DNA of 63,568 nucleotides, the filler included, from Collodictyon triciliatum (Eukaryota), in NCBI GenBank assembly GCA_043381765.1. It is 9 parts of 9 records of this genome, joined end to end, with 100 filler letters (N's around TTAATTAATTAA, not from the genome) between each part and the next. Parts side by side here need not be neighbours in the genome. Positions count along the whole stretch, not along the records: positions 23,447 to 31,152 come from JBHJMP010003782.1; positions 31,253 to 38,957 come from JBHJMP010003783.1; 7 more parts are not named here. One strand, 5' to 3'. Position 1 is the stretch's first letter. Every line of letters begins with the position of its first letter. The translations under genes and the position numbers were made by a program. Under the pieces are notes generated by a model. That model saw nothing but the letters and a program-made list of their open reading frames with translations. It ran no database searches and had not been told where the DNA came from. Below are positions 23,717 to 37,500 of the stretch, piece after piece.

Positions 23717-26700
23717 CCGTCAGCGTATTTCATTCTGCCTTTTCCATGGCGCTGCAAATACATATGTTTTTTTTTTTTTTTTTAAAAAAAAGACAGTGAC
23801 GTTATATATATATTTTATAAGATTCATATATTTTTCTTGCCATAAAATAAAGAAAAGATGTAAATTGGTGTTTACCAGCCCAATATGAAATTCGCCATTG
23901 TACACGTCTCCGTTGGCATATTTATACTCCGAACCCCGAGTATCTTTTGAAATTGATCAATAAGTATATATCATACTATGGTCGATATTTAACCAAGGCT
24001 ATTATTCTTGACGTCAAATGGAACAAAGAAACAACGATGGCCTTCAAAGTAATTTTGGGTTACCCTCTAGTCCCAATTCGTTTAATCTCTCCGTAAAGTG
24101 GCTCAAAAGCTGGAGTTTGGCGTCCAATACAAGGAATTTAAGAGAGTAAACAGACTCTGGGTCTCGAAGAATGAGTGAGAACTGCTTTTCATCTAATAAA
24201 AAATATATAAACTTAAATCATGAACTATTATTGAAAACACAAATAAAAAGGCAGGAGAAAATACCAAACCTTGGCTATATTCAGATATCCACACATGGTT
24301 TAAGTTGATTTGCTTCAGAATGGTTCGGCCTAGTTTAAAAATCATTTTGGGGATGATTTTTCGCTAGAGTTGTGGCAGGTGATTCATGAAGGAATAAAAA
24401 TACATACGAAAGCATACCTGCACAGACAACGATGATATCTGAAAATACAATAACGGTTCCTGGGCCGACTTCGTTATTCTGTTCGGCACTATGAAATACG
24501 CAAAGTGTTGTTTTTTATTTTATATATTTTTTTCATCGACAAAAGTATGAGCCCGTCCTTGAGCAGTTGGGATAAAGTTTTTACTCATCGAATAGAATGA
24601 CAGATGCCTCCCCAATATAGTGGCGTGAAGGAAGAAAAAGCGTCTGATGGTTTGTTGGAAATGTGTAAGAAACAACTGGACAAAGAACGATGACAAAGGT
24701 AATCATGACGAGATTTAAAAAATAGAAGTTACATCGCAGTATTTCCATACCTCAAATCCTTCAATTTTGCCAATCTTATCACGAATATTAGATGTTTTTA
24801 TTTGCCTAATTCGATATTCATTAGTATTTCAGCAATATATGATGCATACCACATAGTTGAAGTGGGCTATTTTTATCTCCTATTTTTCGGTTCGTTCAAT
24901 ATAAAGCGTAATCTAAAGGCGACTTGTTTGTTATCATCGCGGTCTTTTTAATTATCTCGATAGCTTGTTGCAGGTCCTACCAACAGATGAGCATAAAAGA
25001 AAACAGACGTTACAAATGAATCAAAGGAATCATATGATAAAGAGAGACAAAATATAAAAATATAAAAATATTGTTTTCCTTTATTCGATTCAAAGAAAAT
25101 ATAACAAAATATAACAAAATATAACAAAATATAACAAAATATAACAAAATATAACAAAATATAACAAAATATAACAAAATATAACAAAATATAACAAAAT
25201 ATGATATAATTAAATGCCAGGATACTTAAAACAAAGGAATACACTAATTCTATAGTACATTTCGCTAACATACATAAAAATCCGGGTGTTCATGGGGAGT
25301 TGATTTTGCGAGCTCCTAACGTTGCACCAATATACTTTAGAATAAATCTATTAAGATTCGAATCATAAATTCCGGGTGCGATAATTTCATTTTCACCTCC
25401 AAGAGCAATTTATATCGCGGAAGTCTTTGCACAGGCTGAATAAGAAAGGATGGCAAATCGAGACTGGATGACTGTGGGTCCTTGAGACACTCCTGCATTT
25501 CATTTGAATCAAGGTTAAAATGTAACTAATTGTCTCTTCGTTTTTGTTTCTAATTATATTTTTAAATTACAGCCATTATCCTGCTAAATAGGTAAATGAG
25601 CAATAACCTTCAAAAACTGCGAATACGAAGCATGTGACGAGCACTTCTTATATGTCTCCAAGGCATTCTCAAAGTTGTCTACATATCCGCTGTAAATCTT
25701 GAGAAAGTGTTGCTATTTCGAGAGTATTTCTCTTAGTGTATTCTGAAGCAATTATTTCACCTTCCGTGAAAAGAAGTAACAAATATTATTATTATTATTA
25801 TTATCATTATTATAAAATAACTCTAGCCTTACCGCTTTTATAAAAATATGCCCAATTTTCGATTCATAGCTCAGTGATTCAGCAACTTTATGAAGCTCAG
25901 GCAAAATGATTTCCTAAGCAATGCACATTTTAAAGAATCAACAAGAAAAAAAAGCATCCTTTAAATGTTGACTTAATAAACATATTTGGCATAAAACCCA
26001 TTCGTGTTAGCTAAAAATATAAGGTTTGATGGATTCGATGGGGTTTATGGCTTAAACAATTTACTCACAAAGTGTAGCTTAAATATTGACTCGAGTAAAT
26101 AAAAAATAGATCTATTTAATTTTTTATTTTAGATTTAAGCAAAGATGCGAAACAATAGTTAATAAATGCTTTGCTTCCATAGAAATTATACATCGCATAT
26201 GATAAAGTCACATAGTAATCATTGCAAATCAAACTTAATTTCTTCCTCAGAGATTATCTTCTTTGAATTAGCAAGCCTTCGTTTCAGGGGCTCCATGTGT
26301 TTCTTAAATTGAGATAAAATCGCCTTTTGTTATGATTAATTTATTCATATCGGTTGGGCATGGAACATCGGTAATGAATCGATCGAAACCTCTAGCACGA
26401 ATTTCAGATTTAAAACGTAAGTTTTTTCAGTAGAGTACAGCTCTTTGATGACATTCCTTCTCTTTAATTTCATTCGTTGTTTCCTTGCATCTTCCTCGGA
26501 TTGTTCTAAGATAATTTCGAAATATTCACATATTCCTTGGTAAATTTATCGTATTCATTTAATTCCGAAATGGAGGATTCAAAATTACGCTTTGTTTCCA
26601 GTTCCTGTTGCAGAATTAATTCTTGCTCTTCTCGGAGGCGTTTCATTTTCTTCTTCCAGGGTTCAAACTAAAATTCCATAGTATGAGAAAAGAGAAAGGA

Positions 26701-29700
26701 CATCGATGTGGCATTACAGTTAGTAAATCATAAAAATAAAAAAAAAAGAAGAAAAAAGTAAACCATAATATTGAATATTTCATTTAAACGAAACATATGA
26801 AAAATTAAAGCAAACTTCCCCAAGGTTGAGTGTAGCCATTTTTGATCCAGTTTCAACAGTCTCAACTAATGTTTAATGAGTGATTCATTAATTTTTTTTC
26901 TAAACATAGAATTCGGAAACTGAATATTATAAGAATAAAACAACATCACATTAAACGAGCTCATAGTATATCTCATTACTTGTAAACAAGGTATCTTGTT
27001 GCGATAAAAACTCAGCCAAAGGACCGTAAGTTTGCCCATACATAGACAACCATTTTGAATCTGAGTGACATATATTTATGATAAAATACCACTAAGCAAA
27101 TGATTTTTGGTATATCTTGTCAAGTCGCTTAATTTAATATGATATTCTGAAATATATTTAGCACATTACATTAAAATTTCAGCAAAAAAGATAGGCAATA
27201 TTCTGAGAATTTTGCTTACTCGTTAGCTCATAAAAACGAGAAGCTAGTTCTACGGTGTACATTTTTGAGTCTACAGCACGTTCTTGCATAATTCCAACCA
27301 ACACAAGTACCAGTTCTTCAAGAAGAGGGTCATATCTGATAAAAAAATCCATTCAATGGTAGTTAATTCATTACGGGGCAGGTTTGTGCAAATGTATGAA
27401 CAAAAAATAATCAAACATTGATTAGATCTTAGATAAAGCCATTCTTATTGTGATATTAATTATTGCATATACATGATTTCGTCATAATGCTCAAGATGGT
27501 CGCTCAGATTAACGGCATCCTATGAGTATAATAAGTTTCGAAAAGGCTGATAAATATAATTGAGTCTGGATTCAAATCAAATGAAGCTACGTACCACGCA
27601 CTCTGATATTTCTACCGTAGTTTGAAAATGTTCTCTAATAAAAAAATATTCAAAGCTTAATGCAACCACATCAGTATACCTGCCAATTTTTATTCAGTAC
27701 AAAATAAAAGACGCTTAAATTCGAAAGAATATTCATAAACATACTTATGTATTGTAGATTCCTGTTGATTCGATAAGACCTGCTAATGTTTGGATAAATG
27801 CTGTCAATACTCGACGTTGTTGTTATAATATTTGAACTTTAAATAATTCAATTATATTTATTGCATAAATAGTACTTTTCTTTCATAAACGAAAAATAAA
27901 CCTCATCAATTCCAGCACTGGTATTTACAGGCTCGTCATTATCTATCACGTATTATCGAAAGGTTTTGATATATATCACTTAGTCCAATTAACTCGTATA
28001 CAATTTGTATAATAAATATTTATGTATTTTGACTCACGATGAGGTTTCAAATCACCAAGCAGGTCTTCAGATATTTCGTTAGGATCAAANNNNNNNNNNN
28101 NNNNNNNNNNNNNNNNNNNNNNNNNNNNNNNNNNNNNNNNNNNNNNNNNNNNNNNNNNNNNNNNNNNNNNNNNNNNNNNNNNNNNNNNNNNNNNNNNNNN
28201 NNNNNNNNNNNNNNNNNNNNNNNNNNNNNNNNNNNNNNNNNNNNNNNNNNNNNNNNNNNNNNNNNNNNNNNNNNNNNNNNNNNNNNNNNNNNNNNNNNNN
28301 NNNNNNNNNNNNNNNNNNNNNNNNNNNNNNNNNNNNNNNNNNNNNNNNNNNNNNNNNNNNNNNNNNNNNNNNNNNNNNNNNNNNNNNNNNNNNNNNNNNN
28401 NNNNNNNNNNNNNNNNNNNNNNNNNNNNNNNNNNNNNNNNNNNNNNNNNNNNNNNNNNNNNNNNNNNNNNNNNNNNNNNNNNNNNNNNNNNNNNNNNNNN
28501 NNNNNNNNNNNNNNNNNNNNNNNNNNNNNNNNNNNNNNNNNNNNNNNNNNNNNNNNNNNNNNNNNNNNNNNNNNNNNNNNNNNNNNNNNNNNNNNNNNNN
28601 NNNNNNNNNNNNNNNNNNNNNNNNNNNNNNNNNNNNNNNNNNNNNNNNNTCCCCGTGTCGTTCTTTAAATGCTTTCTTCCATCTGAAATCAGTTATATCC
28701 TTAAACTTATCAGCCAGTTCCAAATCTGATAATCCATCCTTCTCACCATGAATTCTAAATATTTTTGCAAATACTTGAAGCAGCCACTGCTCGTTCATTA
28801 TTTTGTAGTTTACAATCTTTTTGTTTTGCTTTGGATGGACGCCAGTTGGATCCTTCTGTTCCTTGGAACTTACGATGGGTGCATCCAATCCTGTTTCATG
28901 GGCGTTCATAGAAAGCTGAAGTGACTTTCTCCTTTGGTTCAAGATTGTAAATGTCGAGTTTCGGCGAGTGTTGGGACTGGACACCTCCAAAGACGTAGAT
29001 GTACTTGATGATAAGTTAAATACTGCTGACTCTGGAATCTCGACACTCAAGAGCTCAAAGTTAGAGGAGAACGACCCACGTAAATCAGATTGCCCGTCTG
29101 AGTTGAATGACCGAGACTTGCTTCGGTTGCGTTCAATTGGAATATCCGGGCCTACCGATATTTCAAAAGGAAAGGCCAGAAGTAAATTAGAATAAAATAT
29201 AAAATGGGAGATTTATACGATTAGTTTTTATTTATTCTTCTTTTCAATTTTGTGCATGATGGTGGATATGTTGGCTTTGAGATTTATACGATTAGTTAAT
29301 TGTAAAGAGAACACACTCGCAAAGATACATTTAATAGATTTATTTTTAACAGATTTCTTATTTTTCACCCGCACCGAGCTCTATTTCGTGGATGTCGTTG
29401 AAATATTTTTGAGAGATGCCGTAGTCTCCTCCAAAAATATACCTTACCATCAGAATTTATTGTTTAAAAAGTACTTAAAAAGTGATTGAAACAACTTTGC
29501 AAGATTGTGTGAATGACCTGTCCCTAGGAACTTGAAACCATTACACAAACTCTCTAAAAATACATAATTGAGATCGATGGATGACAAATTAATTGGGATA
29601 TACATTTTGCCTTGATGAAGCACGGCGCTGTGTCCACTTCTTGGTTGAGGCATGTTTTGTTCAGTAGCTTTCAAATTGACCTTTTCCCATGCATTCGTTG

Positions 29701-31152
29701 CTAAAGTGTAATTCATGTTCGTTCATTTCTAGATTTATCAACTGTAAATTTTGATCGCCATGTTTCACTCTTTTTCATTAATATAAACAATTAGAATCGA
29801 AATGCAACCTGGCTTATAAATATGCACATCATTGTAGCGACGAATGGCCCCGTCTCCACCTTTTGATACAAAACATACCATCTCAAAAAAAAAGTGAACT
29901 TGTCCGTGCATACGAATAAATGCTTTAAATATTAAAACTTTGTAGGGTTTGATATCATACCAAATATATAAACCCAGTTGTTATAAGAAACCGCGGAATG
30001 GCCTTTGCGTGCGCCTGGAGGGTGACTCATTTCAATCTCAGTCCACTCACCGCCAACTAGAATAATTGTTTTCATCAATTGTTTGAATGATTTTTTCTTT
30101 TTACATGCTGGTTCTTTTCAGAGATAGGACGATATATATGCTGGCAAGTTAAGATGGAAAAAAGAAACGAAAAAGGAAAAATAAAAGAAAGTGCTGTAAT
30201 AATGCATAGTTAGGTCTCAATAGATGAGAATTTTAATTAGAAAATTTTGTGAATGTCAGCGTGCCTGTATTGTATCTTTGCAAGCGATGCGTACAACCAC
30301 CTAGAAGAGCAAATCCCACACCAAGTCCTCCAAATACATATAAATAATCGCCAATCGTTGTAACACTGATATTATAGATGAATTTAAATTTGATTTGCGC
30401 TTAAATCAAAAGATGTTTCATGATAATGCCTTGAAGGGTATGTCATTTTAAAATTCAATCATATTGCATAGTTTAAGGTCATTACGTGTGTTCTGATACT
30501 GGTTTGGGTATTGACGCGACCAGTTTCCATTCGTGAGACTCTAAATTTAAAATTTAAATGAGTTTTTTTTTTTTGGTTATTAGAATAACCTCATAATTGT
30601 ATGATAACATATAATAAAAAGATCAATTTTCGTTTAATGATTCACCAAAGTGATAGCGGAACGTCTTTGATAGTTGCACAGGTTTGAGAGGGTCTTTCGA
30701 GCCTCCGATGACATACATATAGTCCTTGTGCACAACGGATGCTGTAAATATTTTTCGTAAGACAATACACCACTTATACGGACGCAATCACACCAGAACA
30801 TATTACGATCATCAATTAATTGATGCGGTGTAGTTAAAAAAACCGTGTCGGAATCGCGGAGAGGGGACCTCGCCAACAGCCCTGACCTCAGTCCAAGTCT
30901 TTGAAGCTAAATGAAATCACGAAAGGAATAAGAATAAAACAACTAAAGGGGGTTGTTTTATACAAAATATGATAACTATCTGACAGAAAAACCAATAATT
31001 ATAATCCAGTATCAATATATAGCACTTTGATACTATTTGACTATGAAAATAGACGTGTGTATTTATTTATTCCTAATTGATGGTCTTACCAAACGAGAAT
31101 TCATAAAGAGAGTTTGAGACCTTTCTTTCAGACTCTATGCCTCCAAAAACAT
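23717..31152 (-). CDS. Kelch repeats - low-complexity/helical region - DH (RhoGEF) - PH - MORN protein; truncated at both contig ends
   Basis: Kelch: YVFGG, YLYVFGG, PPGARKGHSAV..WVYIFGG, PQPRSGHSAV. DH: RRNVIKELYSTEKTYVLNL, LDLPSFLIQPVQRLPRYKLLLE. MORN: YKYANGDVYNGEFHIGL|RHGKGRMKYADG. An N gap at 28090-28649 interrupts the link between Kelch and DH parts. Confidence 0.7.
25074..25095 (-). mobile_element. LINE family A 3'-end remnant (copy A6)
   Basis: Reverse complement CTTTGAATCGAATAAAGGAAAA; flanks AAAATATAAAAATA and AAAATATAACAAAATA are related but imperfect. Confidence 0.75.
25096..25202. repeat. (AAAATATAAC)n decamer repeat abutting copy A6
   Basis: About ten copies visible. Confidence 0.95.
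29227..29278 (-). mobile_element. LINE family B 3'-end remnant (copy B2, 52 bp)
   Basis: Minus strand AAAGCCAACATATCCACCATCATGCACAAAATTGAAAAGAAGAATAAATAAA between perfect 19-bp repeats GAGATTTATACGATTAGTT (29208-29226, 29279-29297); matches 3'UTR of B1. Confidence 0.9.
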
Positions 31153-31252
31153 NNNNNNNNNNNNNNNNNNNNNNNNNNNNNNNNNNNNNNNNNNNNTTAA
31201 TTAATTAANNNNNNNNNNNNNNNNNNNNNNNNNNNNNNNNNNNNNNNNNNNN

Positions 31253-31371
31253 AAAACACAATAAAACACAATAAAACACAATAAAACACAATAAAACACA
31301 ATAAAACACAATAAAACACAATAAAACACAATAAAACACAATAAAACAAAATAAAACACAATAAAACACAA
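31253..31371. repeat. (AAAACACAAT)n decamer repeat at contig start
   Basis: About twelve copies visible. Confidence 0.95.
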
Positions 31372-31577
31372 TTTTCATCATATCGGTTCATAACAGTCAT
31401 TTTAACTCTGGTCGGTGAATTGTGCAGGGCGCGGGTATTTTAAAATTAAAATTTCTGTGTGGTTCTTATACATCATTGTATTCTTGCTTTTCAGGTCACA
31501 TAGTAGGCTTTAAATATAAACAAGTAGAAGTACCGCTGATTTTTTGTCAATAATTCAAGGTGAACCTATTTTTTCGT

Positions 31578-34500
31578 ATGGGTGCAAGTAATTCATCTCC
31601 TGAGAAGCGTTTACCCAACTCTCAGGTGGGGTTGGAGCCAAGCTCGAAATATTCTCCTTCAACAGTTTCGTCTGTGGGCTTGATGCAGCAATCATCAGAA
31701 GACCAATGTTTTCTTCTCCAAAAACCGCAGATAGCCCATCAAAAAGCGTATAACTCTTACGACACGCTTGCATCATCAAGAGCAGTTGCAAATGCTCAAA
31801 GTGTAATACCACCTCAGTCATCATCGCAGCAAAAAGCGTATACTTCTTATGACACACTTGCATCATCAAGAGCGTCTACAAATGCACAAAGTGGGATGCC
31901 ACCTCATCCATCATCGCAACAAAAAGGGCATACTTCTTACGACACACTTGCATCATCGAGAACAGTTGCGAATGCGCAAAGTGGGATGCCACCTCATCCA
32001 TCATCGCAACAAAAAGGGCATACTTCTTACGACACACTTGCATCATCAAGAGCGTCTACAATTGCACAAAGTGGGATGCCACCTCAGTCACCATCGCAGC
32101 AAAAAGGGCATACTTCTTACGACACACTTGCATCATCAAGAACAGTTGCGAATGCACAAAGTGGGATGCCACCTCAGTCACCATCGCAGCAAAAAGCGTA
32201 TACTTCTTACGACACACTTGCATCATCAAGAGCAGTAACAAATACACAAAGTGGGATGCCTCAAAATTTCACATCAGACCATGAAAGCAAAAAAGAAATT
32301 CGAGATGCTGAAACAGGCTCTATCTCGGTACTAGTAAATCGCAGAATGGAAGTAGATATCGACGCCAGTGGAAATAGGAAAGCAGGCTCCGCAAACACAC
32401 AAGCGACTTCTAGAGCCGTCTATAAAAAAGATCTACGAGATAACAAACATGGCCAAGTGGAGGACAAAAAGGATAAAGGAACAAAGTACACCGACGATCA
32501 AATTACAGTGAAAGATTCAAGCTCGATGAAATACACAGGTGATGCCTCAGCCAGTCTTACTGCGTTATTAGATATCGAAGAGGAGGGTTCCCTTGTCCAT
32601 TCAAAGGAAAGTTCAAAAAGCAATACACTTTGGAGAATTAATAAGCCTTTTCGGCACCATGGTGATATTAAAATCTTTGTACGATTACTTGGTGAAGAAA
32701 AAGATAAAGAATTGCTTTTAGATGATTTTAACCGTAGGACAAAACAAGCATCTGAGAACCTTACAGTGATATTAGATGCTAGAATAACCATTGAAAAAGG
32801 TGTAAGCCTACAGTCTGTTTGCTTTTTTACTGTGATTGTTCCTTTTTGTGCCTTTATTGGAGACAAGAACCTACAGAATTCTCCAATGAGAAAGCAGGTG
32901 GCTTATTTGAACAATTTAGTGTTAAGCGATGGAACTTTCGTGGAAAAAATATTCAATGTTATATCTCAGTTGAGTTCATATCATTCAAGAGACAATATAC
33001 CAGGATTTTTGGAGTACAAAAGGTACAATAGCGGTGCAAACTTCAGTGATGTTATCATACCAATATTAGAAGTATGCGATGTGTACATGAAAAAAGTGTC
33101 GGATTCAGCAGCAAATCAAATGATATTTAAATGGTTTGACTCTATGAATGCGCTAATATTGAGTTGCAATGGGAGTTTAAAGTTGCAGCGCCTTTTGAGC
33201 GATTTACAAAACCTCGCTCGGATATCTCAGCCAAAAAAAAGAGTTCAAAAAACAGAAGTTCGTAGGGAAGGTACAGTCTATGATGAATCGCTGGTAATAG
33301 TTCCGATGATTTCGTCTGAGGGCCCAGGTCAACTGAGACTCAAAGGTCCGCGCCATGATAACGACTATGCTGACTTTAGAGAAATAAGCATCATGCCGAC
33401 TCAAAATGAAATGCTGTGTGAATTGTACGACTACTTACCGCATCCAAATCGGCCCGATGGAATTTTAGCCACAGAAGAAGACACATATTTGGACAGACAG
33501 TTTCGTTTAATGAGACACGATATGACAGCATCCATTCGCAAGACGGCACAACTATTAATGCAGAATTTAGCAAAGTTCACAAGCAACCCAAAAGCGACGC
33601 ACAATATATCTGGAATCGTGGATGATGAAAAGATTACATTATCGCTTTTTCGAAACGCTCAATTAGTTGAAGTAGTTGCACGTAATAAGAAGCTGCAATG
33701 TGTTGTCAAAATCGAACACCCAGTACAAGCAGGAGGAAAAGGGGATGAAAAATCTAGTGTTTTTTGGAAAAGCGCAGTAGGCAGTAAATTGCTAGAACAT
33801 GGACAGCTAGTTGTAGTTGTCCTAGGAATAGTTAATTTGCCATCAAATGGAATCACCTACGAAAATATGTTATTTGCAAATATCTCTGGTGATCCAAGAA
33901 TAGATAAAGCAGGAGTCGAGTTGTCGCTGGACTTTGTGAATTCAAAAGAAACATTCAACTATCTTGAGTACTCTACACATATCAATGCATTTAATAGCAC
34001 TAAAAAATGTGTGATTGCTGTAACTCGTAATAACAACGTAGAAATATACCAACCGATTCTCAAATGCTTAAAATCAATGACACATATGGATATACCTTTC
34101 TCTTCCATTATTTGCCACGAAGATTCTGATGATATTTGGCAATCGCCATTATACAATACAGGAAACAGTTTCGCAATCGTCAAGTCGATTTTCAATGACG
34201 GACAGCCCAGAAAAATACCTTTGAGATCTTTTGAAGAACTCAGAAATTACCTTTTTGACCTGCGAGATAAAATAAATCTAGATGATACACAAATCGAATC
34301 ATATGCCATAGGGATGACTAGAAAAATCGGGTTGATACAAGGACCACCAGGCACAGGGAAAACCTACGTCGGGATAAAGCTGATAATGAGTATGGTTGAA
34401 AATAAAACCTTCTTGAAATTAAAACAAAAAAGTCACACAGTTAGAGGTGTGGTAGACTCGTGGGAAGGTTGGACACAATCAGATCCGAAGCTGCCAATTT

Positions 34501-37500
34501 TATGTATTTGCTACACAAACCATGCCCTAGACCAATTTTTGGAGGGTCTTTTAGATGCAGGAGTGCCTTTGGATAAAATTGTAAGAATTGGTAGCCGAAG
34601 TAAGAGTGAAAGATTAGTTCCTTGCAGTTTATTAAATATCAAATCAGTTAATGCGAAAGGAAGCGACAGATTATTTCGCCGGTTTTTTGCTATCATGAAA
34701 GAAGCAGAGAAAAGTTTGTTAAAATTCATTGACGGAATGAAGGATATGGACAGATTGCTCTATCAATACCTGAACACCATGGAGGATGAAACATTCATAT
34801 CCTTGTTTCCCGATGAATTAATCAGTGCTATTGTTGAATTGAATGGAAAAAAAGAAGCAAAACCAAACGAAAAAGAATCACGCCCAAAATTACTAGATGT
34901 CGAGGAAAAAACAAAAAGTGCAAAAGAAGGGCTATTCTTAGCTTGGACGAAAGGACATGCCTTGGAAGATGTGTTCAAGGAATACAGTGAAAATCATAAG
35001 CTGATTCTGGATCAACTCGAAAGGAAGGCTAAATTATATATATGGAAGACAACCATGAGGGAGAGGAAATTAATAATTGACAATTGGTACCTTTTGACAA
35101 ATGAATGGAATAAGAACGAATTTTCTCGACTTTTCTCTGCATACGAATCAAGTACAACAGACCTTCGAAATTATGAGAATAAGTTTAATTATGAGTTTTT
35201 AAAATCATCATATATCATCGGGGCAACCACGTCCGGATGTGCTAGATTTCACGATTTGATTAGAAGTATCAGTCCACAAATAGTTATGTGCGAAGAAGCC
35301 GGTGAGGTTTTGGAAAGTCACATCATTTCATCCATATCCCAAAATGTGATGCAGTTGATTATGATAGGAGACCATCTGCAATTGCGCCCAAAGATTAATG
35401 AACATGGATTATCGATGGACCATGCTTCAAAATATGGACTGGATATGTCTTTGTTCGAAAGACTAGTTCATAGGTATGAGAAATTAAAGCGGTTGAATCG
35501 ATTAGAAAATAGAACTTTTCTCACCACGATGGACCAACAAAGAAGAATGACGCCTAGTGTATCGAGTTTGATAAGGAGTACACTCTATCCAATGCTTAGA
35601 GACAGCATAGAGGTGACAAGATATCCCCTTGTGGAGGGAATGAAGGAAAGATTATGGTTTTTTAATCATACAAACAGAGAAGATGGATACAATTGTTCAG
35701 GAAGTATGGCAAAGTCAGCCTCTAATTCTGCCGAGGCATTCATGATTGTAGAGTTGTTGAGGCATTTAGTCCGACAAGGTTACGCCTCAAATGATATTGC
35801 AATCCTAACTCCTTATCTTGGACAGCTTTTCACAATCAGAAAAATGCTGCAATCACAAAATATTCAACTCTACCTCAACGACTTGGATTTGAATGACCTC
35901 AGTAAATATGCAGAGGATGAAAAGGACCTCTCTGAAGATTCTGACGGTGATGAAACCGAATCTGAAGATGAAAGTAATAGCGAAGAGGAAGAAAACAGAG
36001 GAGCACCAAGGAAATACGACGATAATTCTGATTGGATAGAAGTGCATAAAAAATCTGGGAAGGAAAAAGGCAAGAAGAAAAATAAATCTAAGCTCAAGCT
36101 CGTAAACAAGAATATGAAAGATAGTGCAAGATTGGCTACTGTAGACAACTTTCAAGGGGAAGAAGCCAAAGTTATCATTTTATCAACAGTGAGGAACAAT
36201 CCTGATGGCCGTGTTGGCTTTCTGAGAGTATTCAATAGAGTTAACGTCATGCTCTCAAGAGCTAAGCATGGTATGTATATCCTTGGGTCTGTGAGTACAA
36301 TTAGAGCGTCCAAGAAGGCGGTCATGTTCAACCAGGTTATTGATGAAATGGAGAGGAATAAGAAAGTTGGTTCATATATAGAGCTGTATTGTCAAAGGCA
36401 TAAAAAAGAGTGTATTGTTACAAAGCCCCAAGATTTCAAGACATATGCCCCCGATGGTGGCTGTGATGCGTTGTGTGACTACGTTCTAAAATGCAGACAT
36501 AAGTGCCCGAGGTCGTGCCACCCTGATGACATTCACCATGAGGCTACTATATGCAAAGAAAAGTGTAGCAAGGCATTGACATGTGGACATCCGTGCCAAA
36601 AATACTGCTCCGAGCCTTGCGGTCCGTGTAATGTGTTTGTCCCATTCACAAATAAATGCGGGCATCATTCGAAGATTAAATGCCAACATTTATTTAAAGG
36701 AGACGAGGTACCTTGTTTTGAAGAAGTCGACTTTGTAAATCCCTACTGCAAGCATATCATGAAGATAACGTGCGAAGAATCACAGAGCCTGATGGAAATG
36801 TTCGAAAATCTATCGAATATGGAGATACCTTTATTTAAGGAGCAGTTCAGCAAAACTCATGCTTTATTCTCGTGCAAAGCAGAGTGCGGAAAGATTCAAG
36901 AGGAATGCAACCATATTTGCCAAGGTAGTTGTGGTTCATGCTTTCACAAATCCTGTGAGAGTTCACACTCAATAATCCCCAAAAAGATATTTCATGCGAG
37001 CAAATGCAAAAGCAAGTGTTTAAAATCCATGATATGTGGTCACTCCTGCGCTAGTGAGTGCCATAAATCTCAAGACTGTCCTCCGTGCCAGAAAAAATGC
37101 GTTACAAAGTGTGAGCATTTCACGTGCAAGCAACCATGTGCAACTTTGTGCAACATCTGCCCAAAAGAATGCGATTGGTCTTGCAAAGGAGAGCACCCAA
37201 ACAAGAAATCATGCAATCTTCTATGCGCTATGCCATGCGAGAGGCTTCCTTGCGACGAAAGATGCCCCGAAATACTCAGCTGTGGGCATCGATGCCCAAC
37301 AGTATGTGGAGAGCCATGCCCCACTTCCCAATATTGTCAACAGTGTGGAATTCACAAAGAAGATGTGATTGACATGATTGGAGGACAAAAATACAAAGAA
37401 GTGAGTTTGGATGAAAGCAGGATTTTGGTTTTGGACTGTGGACATTTGTACACTGTTGATTCTCTCGACATGACTTTTGGCATCGGTAACTTTTATGAGC

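Noticed and set aside
3643-25095. TTTGAATCGAATAAAGG as a transcription-factor site, CRISPR-like repeat or Helitron end
   Set aside because: Dispersed, not arrayed; TSDs, A tails and the longer coding copy explain it as a LINE 3' end.
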